Origin: Octopus vulgaris
Taxonomy: Eukaryota
Direction: 5' to 3'
Assembly: GCA_951406725.2 (NCBI GenBank)
Contig: OX597841.1
Coordinates: 9,300,001 to 9,364,000 of the forward strand
Length of the DNA: 64,000 bases
Both the position numbers and the translations under genes were made by a program. This document shows, one piece after another, positions 1-13,888 of this stretch. Every line of letters starts with the position of its first letter. The first letter of the stretch is position 1. The notes below the pieces were generated by a model. The model saw only the letters and a program-made list of their open reading frames with translations, was not told the origin of the DNA and ran no database searches.

Positions 1-670
1 ACCCCAACCCACCCCAACACCACCCGCACCCTCTGAGTCCCATCCTTCCCCTACAAACAGTGATTCCACCCATTCCCCGCCTACAAGAAAACCAAAAAAT
101 AATGCAGACACACAAAGTAAACAAGATCCCAAGCCCCATATTTTATGCTTCGTGAAAAGGGAGGACACTGAGGATTCTAAAGACATTATAGATAATTATC
201 CATGGTATGAAGAGAGCAGAAGGGAGTTATGCGGTGGTGCCTAGGGAACAAATGGAAGCAATTATGGCGAGGTGTGTAACTGAGGGTGTGAAAGTGATTA
301 AGGTAGCATTTACAGATGAGACAGTGAAAGAACATGAAAGGAAGGCTGAGAGAATGATAAAGAAATATGGGCTTTTGATTGGAGACGATAAATGACGATG
401 GGTTATGAAGGACAGGTAAGTGGTGCTGGCGGATGGGGCCGTTAGCATCACTTTCATATTATCATTTTCAAAATTTCATCTTACATACTTTTATTTTATA
501 ATGTTATATGTCCCCAATGTCTTGTAGTGTCCCCTCTATGTCGCCCCTAGTGGGTAATAAAGAAATATTCTCTCTTTTGGGCTATCCGAGCATGAATGCC
601 TCAATAGGAAAGCAAACAACATTGTGCTGGCCTATTACGCGATCATGTCTATCTTTATGTATATATATTT

Positions 671-753
671 TTTTGCCCTGACGAAGGAGGTATTATCTGG
701 ATGCACCCTAGTGCTTTAGACATAATACACCCCTGAAATGGCCATAGGGATAA
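671..753 (+). ncRNA. Type I hammerhead ribozyme-like motif with long stem II
   Basis: CTGACGA (678-684). Long imperfect hairpin AGG..GTATTAT-CTGGA-T-GCAC ccta GTGC-TTTAG..ATAATAC..CCT (685-734). GAAA (735-738), palindromic stem III ATGGCCAT, AUA site. Stem I is weak (GCC/GGG). Confidence 0.65.
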
Positions 754-1280
754 GTAAATATGGTTCCCTTTTTAACTATAAGGCTTCTTTTACTTGATTA
801 ATTATTTAATAAGATTTCTAAACGATGAACTTTTATTTTATTTACATGGTATATATTATATATTTTTTATATGTTCCTATAGGTATATATATATATATAT
901 TTTTATATACCTATATATTTTTATATATTACATTATATTATATATATTATTACTTTCTAGGTTTTTCTTAAAAAAATGTATTTTTCTGAATCACTGTATT
1001 AACTCTAAACTGTGATAAAAAAAAAAATTTTTTCTCACACCTTATTATTATTATATGCTTGTATGATTGTACAGAGAATTATGTTCCATCTTGCGGGATG
1101 TTTATATGTATATTCTATGATTAAATGTTTGAATTATGAAATGATATGCGGATGACCTTGCATTTGTTTGTTCAATAACTTTACTTTGATATTTTTGTCT
1201 CTTTCAATAGAGCACTTCTATAGCAGTCCTATTAATCTTTTTGATCCTGACAAGAAACAATCACTGTATAATTGATATTG

Positions 1281-1386
<106 letters not shown>

Positions 1387-1878
1387 CATCATCATCATCA
1401 TCATTTAGCGTCCGTTTTCCATGCTAGCATGGGTTGGACGGTTCAACTGGGGTCTGGGAAGCCAGAAGGCTGCACCAGGCCAGTCAGATCTGGCAGTGTT
1501 TCTACAGCTGGATGCCCTTCCTAACGCCAACCACTCCGAGAGTGTAGTGGGTGATTTTATGCCACCGACACAGTGCCAGACGAGGCTGGCGAACGGTCAC
1601 GCTCGGATGGTGTTTTTATGTGCCACCGACACAGGTGCCAGACGAGGCTGGCAGACGGCCACGCTCGGATGGTGTTTTTATGTGCCACCGACACAGGTGC
1701 CAGATGAGGCTGGCGGACGGCCACGATCGGATGGTGTTTGTACGTCCCAAAGCACGGAGGCCAGTCTATGCGTACTGGCTACGGCCACGTTCGGATGATT
1801 TTCTTGTGTGCCACCGGCACTGTACCACAAAGATACAAATTCCATTGATGTTCATCTATTTTGATTTGTTTTGATTTG
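1387..1878 (-). mobile_element. Non-autonomous retroposon with (CAT)n tail and internal ~62-bp tandem repeats
   Basis: Starts at (CAT)n beside a TA tract. Three near-identical copies of TTTTATGTGCCACCGACACAGGTGCCAGACGAGGCTGGC..CTCGGATGGTGT at ~1555-1737, plus a degenerate fourth. The same tail (CATCATTTA.CG..CG.TTTCC.TGCTA) occurs at ~5135-5180. Confidence 0.55.
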
Positions 1879-1879
1879 A

Positions 1880-1950
<71 letters not shown>

Positions 1951-2231
1951 CATAGATATATGGATATATACATACATACATATATATATATATCTATATA
2001 TATATATCTGTACGTACATAGGTATACATGAACACTTGTCAATGTGGTGTGCGAAAAGACGGAGAGAGATAGAGAAAAAGAGTGATTGCAATTGAATGAG
2101 TGCGACAGAGAGAAAAGAAGAGATAGAGAGATACTGAGTGTGTAAGAGAGAGAGAGAGAGAGAGAGAGAGGTGTGAGGGTGTGAGAGGGGGTGCAGACAG
2201 CAGCAGATAGTTGTCAGTTGTTAAATGTGAG

Positions 2232-2265
<34 letters not shown>

Positions 2266-3651
2266 TATTGTCTGTATATATATGTATATATTATATATAC
2301 GTGCATGTGTGTGTGCGTATGTCTATGTATATGCATGTTTATATATATGTGTGTGTACATGTAAGTACACACACACACACCACCAGCTTTAAATTTACTT
2401 ATACAACGTTCTGTCTGACATTTCAAATGAGGATAAAATTTCTTGAAATATTTGCAACAAACCCAAAATAAAGAAACAGGTTAGAAATTCATTGTTTCAG
2501 ACTGAATATGAGAGCAGAGTGTGTAAGCCAATATTATCTTGAATAACATCAATGGACAGCGTGACTGGCCTCTACAGTGAGCTGGCATCATTTGACAATA
2601 TTGTTTAACCCATGGGATTGTTTACTTGTCAGGTGTCGTCGTATCATTTGATAGTATCAGTTTACTTCAGGTTTTTCCATTTATTTTCTGGTGACTCATA
2701 TTTTAACAAGGCAATTAAGGATTGTTACCTTGCTGCGTGTGTGTGTGTGTGTGTGTGTGCTATTGTTGATGTTGTCATTGTTGCTGTCATCTCATCTCTG
2801 TTGATCAAATCACTGGATGCCAGCCACAGCTTCACTGTTTCAGATATACTACTACCGCATCAAGCTGACACCATACTCTACCAATTTCATGCGTGGGTTT
2901 CCATGGTATTCTAGTTGTTGTTGCTTACCTCCCAGGTCATATTAGATCATGAAAAGAATTTGATTAAAGACATTCTAGCCATGACCACCCTATCTTTTGG
3001 GTTATGTTGAAATTACATTATCTACAATAGTCATTCTCTGATATGAAAGTAAGGAGTGATTTGAATGGAGGCTTAGCCATTTTTACTATCTGGTTACCAT
3101 GGTAACCAATTGGCATGTTTGTAGGAATTGTTTCAGTTCTGTGTTTTGTGATCAAATCCTGCTCAAATCAAATTTACTTTTCATTATTTCAGGGTCTATA
3201 AATAAGTAGCAGATACACCTTCCTCACTTCGGCATTCTACAGATTCCATTAAGGATCCAAACAAAGCATTTGAATAAATCGTAGAGGTGGTCAGGGTAGG
3301 AATGCGTAAGGGGATTATAATATTGATGATGATGGTGGTCCCTGTTGCTGGGGCAGGGACGTATTGCTTAGTCTCAACTCAGACTTGATCCCTCAAGTCT
3401 AGAATCCAAGACACTCCAGCCGTGACATACTGTTCGGAGTAACACTACACAGCATCTCACCAAGGGTCGAAACATATTAAGTACCCCTAATATACCACCA
3501 TTACTATTCTTCTCATGAAATTCTCTATTTCACAGGTTTTGAGGTACTGAATAGGCTATGGGCAGTGCATTACCTTCTCTCTCTAATTCTCAGCCAGCAT
3601 TATACACAAATAAACTGTATGTGTATGTGTGTATATATACATACATACAAC

Positions 3652-3716
<65 letters not shown>

Positions 3717-4120
3717 TCAAAATAAGCAACAGAATATCAAGAGGTGCTGCAGTATGACCGTCTCAAGTGGCTCCATTTCATTGAACAATGCAATCATTAC
3801 ATCAGTTTCAATGCAGGGCTATCCTCAGCTGAACAAATAAATAAATAGAATTTTCAATCAATCAGACACATTAATATAATTTTACTCAAATACTGCATGG
3901 ATAATACCACACTGACTTGTGCATCAACTGAAGTACCTAATTCAAATGAATCTCAATTATATACACTTATATACATACATACATATATATAAATATACAT
4001 ATATATATATACATGTATATATATACACGTTTGTGTCTATGTACATATGTATGAATGTATGTATGTATGTATGAACATATGTATGAATCTATCTTTCTTC
4101 CTGTCTGTCTATCTATCTAC

Positions 4121-4186
<66 letters not shown>

Positions 4187-4189
<3 letters not shown>

Positions 4190-4410
4190 CGGAATCAGAT
4201 CGCCATGTTGATTCGCTAGCTTCTGCATGCATTTTTTTCTTCTCTTTGTTTCTCTCCGTGTTTGTTTTCTGTGTATCTTTCTGTTGAAGAGCGTAGGCTC
4301 GAAACGTTAAAGACTTGTTTTATTTATATTCCTGAGTGCCATACTAATACAATTGTTTGTTTGTACTCCACCTGCCTTCGTCTTTTGTTTATTTTCGTAA
4401 AGCTTCCCGT
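4187..4410 (+). mobile_element. Short insertion in a (TA)n tract carrying a hammerhead-like motif (4276-4313); absent from the paralog
   Basis: TCTTT-CTGTTGA-A-GAGC-gtag-GCTC-GAAA-CG-TT-AAAGA gives stem I TCTTT/AAAGA, stem II and palindromic ACGT. The core is non-canonical (CUGUUGA). Flanked by TA repeats on both sides. Confidence 0.55.
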
Positions 4411-4477
<67 letters not shown>

Positions 4478-4537
4478 CTGGTCGTATAAAAGTTATAGGA
4501 AGAACACACAAAACCTAAAGTAAATTGAAAATAAAAT

Positions 4538-4611
4538 ATTCTAATTTGATGAGGGTTCTCGAAGGGATCATCAATTAAGGGAAACACGAAACCTAAAGAG
4601 GCTGATAGAAT
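4538..4611 (+). ncRNA. Degenerate hammerhead-like motif (paralog at 19611-19683)
   Basis: ATTCTA..TTGATGA-GGGTTCTC...GGGAAACAC-GAAA-CCT aaag AGG..TAGAAT. Stems I and III are recognisable; the core and cleavage site are mutated. Confidence 0.4.
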
Positions 4612-5174
4612 AAGGAGTAGGCTTTAAAAAATAAATTGTGGTGGTTGATTTCTTTGACTAAAAATTCTTCAAGGCTGTGCCCCAGCATGGCCGCAGTCAA
4701 ACAAGTGAAGCAAGTAAGAGATAATAGATATGTGTGTGTGTGTGTGTGTTTGTGTATAAAAGGAGCTATGAAAGACATAGAAGTGTTTTTGTGAAGGATG
4801 TTGAATCCGTGTGCATAGTTCATGGCACCCGAGTGATGTCAAGACATTTATTTCAACCGAACGGAAAACATTTTCTGACAGATGCAAAGTTTTACAGGAA
4901 TTCGTTAACTTGATGCTGATTAAACAGCGTTGATTGAAATTTATGGAGTTATGTTTAAAGATATATTATATTTCATAGGTTCCTGTACACAGACATGGAA
5001 AGACCTTTGCTGTATAAATTCTTTCAGAAGGGAATTCTCCTTACAGGAAATGCTTGTGAGAAACCCTCTCCAGTCGGCTATATATACCTCTCTGCATAGA
5101 TATGAATGTATAATTATGTGTGTGTGTGCATTATCATCATCATCATCATCATTTAACGGCTGCTTTCCCTGCTA

Positions 5175-5335
5175 CCATATGCCACACCACCAGATACTTT
5201 AAGCATTTCCGTGGTGATTCTTGAGGGGCCAGGGGCTTCCTTCATTTTCATATGTCTCATGGCTTTATCTACCATGGTACTGTCTATTCGAATTGCTGGT
5301 CCCTCTGTTGGCTCCACCGTAGGCACACTCTCTTG
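5175..5335 (-). pseudogene. Fragment of a non-LTR (RTE-like) ORF2; paralog at ~20240-20410
   Basis: EGPAIRIDSTMVDKAMRHMKMKEAPGPSRITTEMLK resembles the K.KAPGPDGI..E.LK motif preceding LINE RT domains. Confidence 0.6.
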
Positions 5336-5350
5336 TATACGCACACACAC

Positions 5351-5403
<53 letters not shown>

Positions 5404-5497
5404 TTAGAGACAAAACCACTATTTTGCAAATCAAACAAAGAAAGACTTAATCCAATACATAAAAAAATTTAATATAAATTAAATAAACTTAAATTCG

Positions 5498-5543
5498 CCA
5501 CTACAATTGTTTCGTGTGTCTTCAAAGGACATTCATCAGGTGG
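5498..5543 (-). ncRNA. Type I hammerhead ribozyme motif, canonical core
   Basis: Minus strand reads CCAC-CTGATGA-ATGTC ctttgaa GACACAC-GAAA-CAATTG-TA-GTGG. Stem I CCAC/GTGG, palindromic stem III ACAATTGT, GUA site. Lies in a ~180-bp AT-rich segment between TA tracts. Confidence 0.7.
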
Positions 5544-5580
5544 ATTTCAGATCTTCTATTCAATTTTAAATTATTTTAAG

Positions 5581-5690
<110 letters not shown>

Positions 5691-6889
5691 GGTTTGGATA
5701 ATGGAAACACCTAGCATCATAATTTTGAAATATCTATAAAACTGTCAAAAGCTTGTTTATTTTTATGTTTTTTGATTTACTATGAGTGTTGCTTAATATG
5801 ATTTGCTAAAATTGCTCTTTCTTTTCAGATATCATCAGAAAAAGGTAATTAAAATGACAGATTGATTGGACTTTCAAAGAGGTCAAATTGTTGGTGCTTA
5901 TATGACAGGCGCTAGCATAATGGAAACAGCCACAATGTGTGGTGTATCATGAAGTAGTGTCTAGAAAGTAATGACAGCCTTTGAGAAAGAGGGAAAAACT
6001 TCCAGGGAGCTTCAGGTGCATGAATTATGAGAAAGGATCACAAAATATACAGCTCCCAAAATTACTGCAGAGCTTAATGACCACCTCGAGAACCCAGTTT
6101 CCACAAAAACTGTTTGCCAGGAGCTGCACAAAGCTGGATTTAATGGGAAGGCTGCAATCAGAAAACCACTACTTTCAAAAACAAACGTTGCAAAGCATTT
6201 AGAGTGAAGTAAAAACCTACAGAATTCGTCCCTAGATCAATGGAAGCATGTTATTTTTTCGGAAGAGTCATCCTTTACCTTATTTACGACCACTGGCCAA
6301 GTATATGTGTGGAGAGAGCCAAAAGAAGCATTTGACCCAGACTGCCTTCTTCTAACTGTTAAATATGGAAGAGGATCTGTGATGATCTGGTGGGGGCTAT
6401 ATCTTGGAAATCTAGCAGCCCAATGGTTTCCCTTAATGGTAGAATTAATTGTCAAGATTATTTAAGCAGTTTATCTGATCAAATTCATCCTATGGTTGCA
6501 GAACTGTTTCTGGATGGAAATACAATCTTTCAGGATGATAATGCACCAATTCACACAGCTGAAGTTGTTACCGAATGGCACGAGGAACATACTAGTCAAG
6601 TTGAACATCTTATCTGGCCACCACAGTCCGTAGATCTCAATATTATTTTACATTTATGGTTCATTTTAGAAAAACAAGGTGTCAATATCCTCCACCATCA
6701 TCACTACAAGAACTGGAGACTGTTTTAGCTGGAGAATGAACAAAAATTCCTTTGGAAACACTTCAAACTTTGTACGAGTCCATACCTCATAGAATTTAAG
6801 CTGTAATTATTGCCAAAGGCGGTTCTTCCCCATATTAAAATAGATTTGTTTGAAATTTTAAGGTGTTTCCATTATTTTGTCCAACCCCT
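5691..6889 (+). mobile_element. Decayed Tc1/mariner transposon (copy A)
   Basis: TIR-like ends ATAATGGAAACACCT (left, eroded) and AGGTGTTTCCATTATTTTGTCCAACCCCT (right). Transposase remnants DFQRGQIVGA, FSEES, FQDDNAPIH, WPPQSVDLNII, with stops and frameshifts. Confidence 0.85.
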
Positions 6890-7929
6890 CCATTTGTGTG
6901 TGTATGTGTTTGTGTGTGTGCAGGTGCATGGCTTAGTTGTTAGAGCATTGGTTCCACAATCCTGGGATAGTGAGTTCGATTCCCAGACAGGGCTCTGTGT
7001 TGTGTTCTTGGGCAAGACACTTTATTTCATGTTGCTTTCCCATTGGATAACAACAGTGGCATGGAGAGCGATGGCCTCCTTGCCTAGCCCGAGGGTTGGG
7101 GTCGTTCGATGGCTAAAACAATGCAAAGTGAATTGTGCCTAGCGATGTGTAGCAACATCGGATGGTCTTGTTGGTCGTGTGATCTAGCTTTCTGTCTGTC
7201 TGTGTGTCTGTATGAATGAATGTGTATGTGTGTGTGTGTATGTATGAAAAGTCCACTTTCTGTTCTGCTACGGGGTTGGACAGTTTGCCAGAGGACTGCA
7301 CCAAGCTGTGTTGGCCACATTGCATTGGTTTCTATGGCTGGATACCCTTCTTATGCCGACCACTTCACAGAGTGCTTTTCACATGGCACCACCAAGTAAC
7401 TTGCAAAACGAAGATGTCTCAATGGGAAGGAGGAGTAGTATTGAGGGAGGTGGGTTTGTGCCAGTTGAGAGGTGAATGTATAATAGGGATCAGGGTAGAG
7501 ATAGGGGTCTTCCTGTAGGAGATACTTGGCTATCCCCGTTTGAAAGAGAGAGAAATAAATGGCAAGGGAGATGTGTGATGGGACAAATTCTTAAGGTACA
7601 GTGGGGGAGAATATGAATGAAATGAGGGCCGTACAAAGGATTGGACAGGGTAAGTGGACAGAGGAGATCAAGGGGTGGGGGTGATTCATGAGGGTGTGAA
7701 GGGAGGTGGATGGAGATGTGGAGAGAGTAGCAGGTGACAGTGAGAGATATAGGGGCAGCTCAGGGGGCCAGTGAGGACATTGAGAGTGAGTGTATGTGAT
7801 GGGGGAGGGAGAGGAGCATGCAGGGGGTGATGATTAAGGGTGGAAGGAAGGAAGGACTTGGGATGTGTTGTGGGAGGGAGGAATTTTAATGCAGGAGGTG
7901 GGGGAACAGATTGTCTAGATAAGATCTGG

Positions 7930-8160
7930 ATGTCCCAACAATATTTGCCCACGTCCACCTTGAGGCATTCGGAAAATCCAGTCTGAAACTGTCAGCCAAT
8001 TGGAAATGAATGAGCAGGTTTGTGAAGCTTACATACCCCAACTTTCATGTCCGGTAGTCCCACCCAATCCACACGTGCATCGAAGATGGCATTCCAGTCG
8101 CCCACTAACTCTAAGGGGCAAGAAATCCCAAGGAAGTCCTCCAAGCGTGTCTGACATAAT
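7930..8160 (-). pseudogene. Fragment of a LINE apurinic-like endonuclease
   Basis: PLELVGDWNAIFDARVDWVG matches the GD(F/W)N motif context of APE domains. Confidence 0.5.
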
Positions 8161-8277
8161 TGGATGTGTTCTATGAATTCATTACTTTTTGTACTTATAG
8201 CCATGAGATTTATAATGTCTGGTTTATGGTCATTTGGTGGAATGAAGTTCGTCTGTTGTGTATATACGTATATGTAA

Positions 8278-8322
<45 letters not shown>

Positions 8323-8365
8323 GTTCTTTTCTTGATCTTAACTGTCTCAGGAAAATATTTTCTCT

Positions 8366-8410
<45 letters not shown>

Positions 8411-8695
8411 AGAGATTCTATTTCTCTGTTAGTTCCAAAAACTGAAAATAAAATCAGGCACCATCACTATGATTTTCTTTCTTCTCTATCTGTCTATTTC
8501 CCTCTTTCTTTCTCCCTCTCTGTCTCTCTTCCTTTGTCTCATTTTCTTTCTTTTTTCTTTCTCTCTCTCTCTCTCTCTCTCTCTTTCCCCCAGTAAAAGA
8601 ACACACACACACACACACACACACACATAAAACAACTGCTGGCATACATTCAAGTCTTTTAAAAAATGTCTGAAATATTGATGGTAAATATTTAC

Positions 8696-8809
8696 AAGAA
8701 ATAGTTTCAGCTGTTCCTGCCTTTGTCTGTTGAGAAAATGGAAAGCATTCGATGGAACTGAAATTCATGCCCCTGTAGGTGATGAGGAATTTAGCAGGAT
8801 GACGAAGAT
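8696..8809 (-). CDS. Candidate 114-bp internal exon of an unknown gene
   Basis: Long pyrimidine tract ending TTTTTTGCACAG, an open phase-1/1 frame (D)LRHPAKFLITYRGMNFSSIECFPFSQQTKAGTAETIS, then donor GTAAAT. No homology recognised. Confidence 0.25.
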
Positions 8810-8961
8810 CTGTGCAAAAAATTGAGGGAGTGAGAGAGAAGAAGAGAGGGTGAGAATGTGAGAAGCAAAAGCAGGAAGGAAAGAAACAAAGCAAGAAAGC
8901 AGCGAGGATGGGTTCTTTTCAAACATCTCAGCATTTACATCACAACTACAAATGTCTGTAA

Positions 8962-9803
8962 CAATCTGGAGTATAACCAGCCGAAATTGCAAAGATAATC
9001 TGGAACTCAACTGAGGAAAGAAAACTCCCAATGACCCATCCTTGCTTCGTCGTCTGGATGTTTTGTTGTCCCCTTCTTGTATCACCTTTCTGGATGTTTT
9101 GCGTTCTTGTCCCAGTTTTGTATTTTTTATATAAAAAAATAAAATAAAGCGGTGTACGTATACTTTGGTCTCTTGTATGTAGGTATGTATATATATATAT
9201 ATCTAAATTTTGTATGACTCTATTATTCTTTCCTTCTTTCTCTCAGCCCCTTCACACTTACTTCGTTCATTCCACTCTTCGTTCTTTCATTCCCCCTCTC
9301 TCACATTTCCTGGCCTTCTCTCCATGCTCACCTTCACTCCTCTTTCTTTCTTGGTTCGACTACCATCCGTGCAACATCTATATTCCTCCCTGTGCCTGTC
9401 AAATCTTATGACCCTGCCGTAAGGCTTTACTTCCACACATGCCAGCTTAATTTAATTTGTCCTTAGTCGAAAGACACCTCTTGTTAATGTCTTGTTATTT
9501 GTATTTCTGTACCATTTCTCCATTTTTTTCTGTCCTTGTTTTTGTATACATTCACTGCTTTCTTCCAAGGAATCTAATGCTCTTAGCTTAGCTTTTCCTT
9601 GGGGCTGGCCAGATTGGAGCAATCTGGAGTATAACCAGCCAAAATTGCAAAGATAACCTGGAATTCAACTGAGGAAAGACACTCCAAATGACCTGTCCTT
9701 ATTCCCGCTTCATCTGGATGATTTGTTGTCCTTTTTTATATCACCTAACTGTCTGCAGTTTAGGGTTCTAGTCCCATTTTTGTATTTTTCATATATAAAA
9801 AAA
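8962..9803 (+). mobile_element. Non-coding element with ~180-bp terminal direct repeats (partial-tandem, Penelope-pLTR-like architecture)
   Basis: CAATCTGGAGTATAACCAGCC.AAATTGCAAAGATAA..CTGAGGA..ATATAAAAAAA at 8962-9140 and 9620-9803. Related to 23338-24103 and to the spacer of the LINE array. Confidence 0.55.
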
Positions 9804-10187
9804 TATAGTGGCATACATACACTTGCGACTCTTATATGTAAGTACATACAAACATACATACATGCACACATATTATAATCAAGCAAAAAGAAACGACCTG
9901 TTCTGTTATAGAAATCAACAGTCTTATGGTGACCAATATGGCTACAAAAGTACAAGAGAATGCAAACGTCTATCAACGATTGATAAGGTGTTTGCAAATC
10001 CCGGACCCAGGATAAATTTCTCCCTTCTGTTATTTGAGCAATAGCATAAGTACCAATCAATTAGGAGTGAAATATAGCTGAACTGGGGGTATTGGGGAAC
10101 GAAGGAAATGCTTTAATTCTAGCACAATATCCAGAACGATGAAATCTGTAAGATATTCCTAACGTTTAAAAGATGATAAAAAAACAA

Positions 10188-10239
<52 letters not shown>

Positions 10240-10244
10240 ATACA

Positions 10245-10417
10245 TGTGGCTGTGTGGTAAGTAGCTTGCTTACAAACCATATGGTTCTGGGTTCGGTCAC
10301 ACTGCGTGGCACCTTGGGCAAGTGTCTTCTACTATAACCTCGGGCTGACCAAAGCCTCGTGAGTGGATTTGCTAGATGGAAACTGAAAGAAGCCTGTCAT
10401 CAATATGTATGTGTGTA

Positions 10418-10449
<32 letters not shown>

Positions 10450-10682
10450 AGTGTTTATGTTTGTGTGTCTGTATTTGTACCCCCAACATCGTTTGAATAC
10501 TGATGCTGGAGTGTTTAGATGCCCATAACTTAGTTGTTCGGCAAAAGAGACTGATAGAATAAGTACTAGGCTTACAAAGAATAAGTCCTGGGGTCGATTT
10601 GCCCTACTAAAGGCGGTGCTCCAGCATGGCCACAGTCTCATAACCGAAACAAGTAAAAGAGAGATATATGTTCATACATATA

Positions 10683-10716
<34 letters not shown>

Positions 10717-10992
10717 CATACAAATATATATATACATACATATATATATATATATATACATACATAGATATATGCATATATACATATATACATACATAGA
10801 TATATGCATATATACATACATACATACATATATATATATGTATATATATGTATATCTGTACGTACGTAGGTATACATGAACACCTGACAATGTGGTGTGC
10901 GAACAGACGGAGAGAGATAGAGGAAGAGAGTGATTGCGATTGAAAGAGTGCGACAGAGAGAAAAGAAGAGATAGAGAGATACTGAGTGTGTA

Positions 10993-11023
<31 letters not shown>

Positions 11024-11084
11024 GGTGTGAGGGTGAGAGGGGGGTGCAGACAGCAGCAGATAGTTGTCAGTTGTTAAATGTGTA

Positions 11085-11126
<42 letters not shown>

Positions 11127-11723
11127 GTCTGTATATATATGTATATATTATATATACGTGTGTGTGTGTGTGCACGTATGTCTATGTATATGCATGTTTA
11201 TATATATGTGTGTGTACATGTAAGTACACACACACACACCACCAGCTTTAAATTTACTTATACAACGTTCTGTCTGACGTTTCAAATGAGGATAAAATTT
11301 ATTGAAATATTTGCAAAATATAGGCGCAGGAGTGGCTGTGTGGTAAGTAGCGTGCTTACCAACCACATGGTTCTGGGTTCAGTCCTACTGCGTGGCACCT
11401 TGGGCAAATGTCTTCAACTATAGCCTCGGGCTGACCAAAGCCTTGTGAGTGGATTTAGTAGATGGAAACTGAAAGCCCATCGTATATATGTATATATGTG
11501 TGTGTGTGTTTGTGTGTGTCTTTGTTTGTCCCCCCAACATCGCTTGACAACCGATGTTGGTGTGTTCCCGTCCTCGTAACATAGCGGTTCGGCAAAACAG
11601 ACCAATATAATAAGTACCAGACTTACAAAGAATAAGCCCTGGGGCCGATTTGTTTGACTAAAGGTGGGGCTCCAGCATGGTCACAGTCTAATGACCGAAA
11701 GAAGTAAAAGAGAGATATATGTT

Positions 11724-11772
<49 letters not shown>

Positions 11773-12320
11773 ATATAAATATATACATACATACATAAAT
11801 ATATATATATATATACACACACATACATACATAGATATACGCGTATATACATACATATATATATGTATATATATATCTGTACATACATAGGTATACGTGA
11901 ACACCTGTCAATGTGGTGTGCGAACAGACGGAGAGAGATAGAGGAAGAGAGTGATTGCGATTGAATGAGTGCGACAGAGAGAAAAGAAGTGATAGAGAGA
12001 TACTGAGTGCGTAAGAGAAAGAAAGACAGAGAGAGAGAGAGAGAGGGTGTAAGGGTAAGAGGGGGGGCAGACAGCAGCAGATAGTTGTCAGTTGTTAAAT
12101 ATGAGTATATATATATATATATACACACACACACATATTGTCTGTATATATATGTATATATCATATATACGTGTGTGTGTGTGCGTATGTCTATGTATAT
12201 GCATGTTTATATATATGTGTGTGTACATGTAAGTACACACACACACACCACCAGCTTTAAATTTACTTATACAACGTTCTGTCTGACATTTCAAATGAGG
12301 ATAAAATTTCTTGAAATATT
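10245..12320 (+). repeat. Local ~1.08 kb tandem duplication: tRNA-type SINE plus ~650 bp of the segmental-duplication start
   Basis: SINEs at ~10245-10660 and ~11322-11710 (TGGCTGTGTGGT A-box-like, GGTTCAGTCC B-box-like), each followed by the same microsatellite/unique block. Confidence 0.75.
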
Positions 12321-13510
12321 TGCAACAAACCCAAAATAAAGAAACAGGTTAGAAATTCATTGTTTCAGACTGAATATGAGAGCAGAGTGTGTAAGCCAAT
12401 ATTATCTTGAATAACATCAATGGACAGCGTGACTGGCCTCTACAGTGAGCTGGCATCATTTGACAATATTGTTTAACCCATGGGATTGTTTACTTGTCAG
12501 GTGTCGTCGTATCATTTGATAGTATCAGTTTACTTCAGGTTTTTCCATTTATTTTCTGGTGACTCATATTTTAACAAGGCAATTAAGGATTGTTACCTTG
12601 CTGCGTGTGTGTGTGTGTGTGTGTGCTATTGTTGATGTTGTCATTGTTGCTGTCATCTCATCTCTGTTGATCAAATCACTGGATGCCAGCCACAGCTTCA
12701 CTGTTTCGGATATACTACTACTGCATCAAGCTGACACCATACTCTACCAGTTTCATGCGTGGGTTTCCATGGTAGTCTAGTTGTTGTTGCATACCTCCAA
12801 GGTCATATTAGATCAAGAAAACATTTGATTAAAGACATTCTGGCCATGACGACCCTGTCTTTTGGTTTATGCTGAAATTACATTATCTACAATAGCCATT
12901 CTCTGATTTGAATGGAGGCTTAGCCACTTTTACTATCTGGTTACCATGGTAACCAATTGGCATTTTTGCAGGAATTGTTTCAGTTCTGTGTTTTGAGATC
13001 AAATCCTGCTCAAATCAAATTTACCTTTCATTATTTCAGGGCTATAAATAAGTACCAGACACACCTTCCTCACTTCGGCATTCCACAGATTCCATTCAGG
13101 ATCCAAACAAAGCATTTGAATAAATCGTAGAGGTGGTCAGGGTAGGAATGCGTAAGGGGATTATAGTATTGATGATGATGGTGGTCCCTGTTGCTGGGGC
13201 AGGGAAGTATTGTTTAGTCCCAACTCAGACTTGATCCCTCAAGTCTAAAATCCAAGACACTCCAGCCGTGACATACTGTTCAAAGTAACATTACGCAGCA
13301 TCTCACCAAGGGTCAAAACATATTAAGTATCCCTAATATACCACCATTACTATTCTTCTCATGAAATTCTCTATTTCACAGGTTTTGAGGTACTGAATAG
13401 GCTATGGGCAGTGCATTACCTTCTCTCTCTAATTCATCAGCAAGCATTATACACAAAATAAACTGTATGTGTATGTGTGTATATATACATACATACACAC
13501 ACACACACAC

Positions 13511-13564
<54 letters not shown>

Positions 13565-13888
13565 CAGATCAAAATAAGCAACAGAATATCAAGAGGTGCT
13601 GCAGTATGACCGTCTCAAGTGGCTCCATTTCATTGAACAATGCAATCATTACATCAGTTTCAATGCAGGGCTATCCTCAGCTGAACAAATAAATAAATAG
13701 AATTTTCAATCAATCAGACACATTAATATAATTTTACTCAAATACTGCATGGATAATACCACACTGACTTCTGCTTCAACTGAAGTACCTAATTCAAATG
13801 AATCTCAATTATATACACTTATATACATACATATATATATATACATATGTTTGTGTCTATGTATATATGTATGAATGTATGTATGAAC

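Noticed and set aside
207-395. 62-aa ORF near a retroposon-like 3' tail (518-568)
   Set aside because: No recognisable motif; probably part of a decayed element.
1555-1830. CRISPR-like regular repeats
   Set aside because: Contiguous ~62-bp tandem units without unique spacers, in eukaryotic retroposon context, with no cas genes.
2501-2522. Possible micro-exon (TTTCAG|ACTGAA..GTGT|GTAAGC)
   Set aside because: 22 nt with no homology or other support.
3790-3835. Minus-strand CTGAGGA...GAAA hammerhead candidate (also ~13640-13685)
   Set aside because: Stems I and III could not be formed convincingly.
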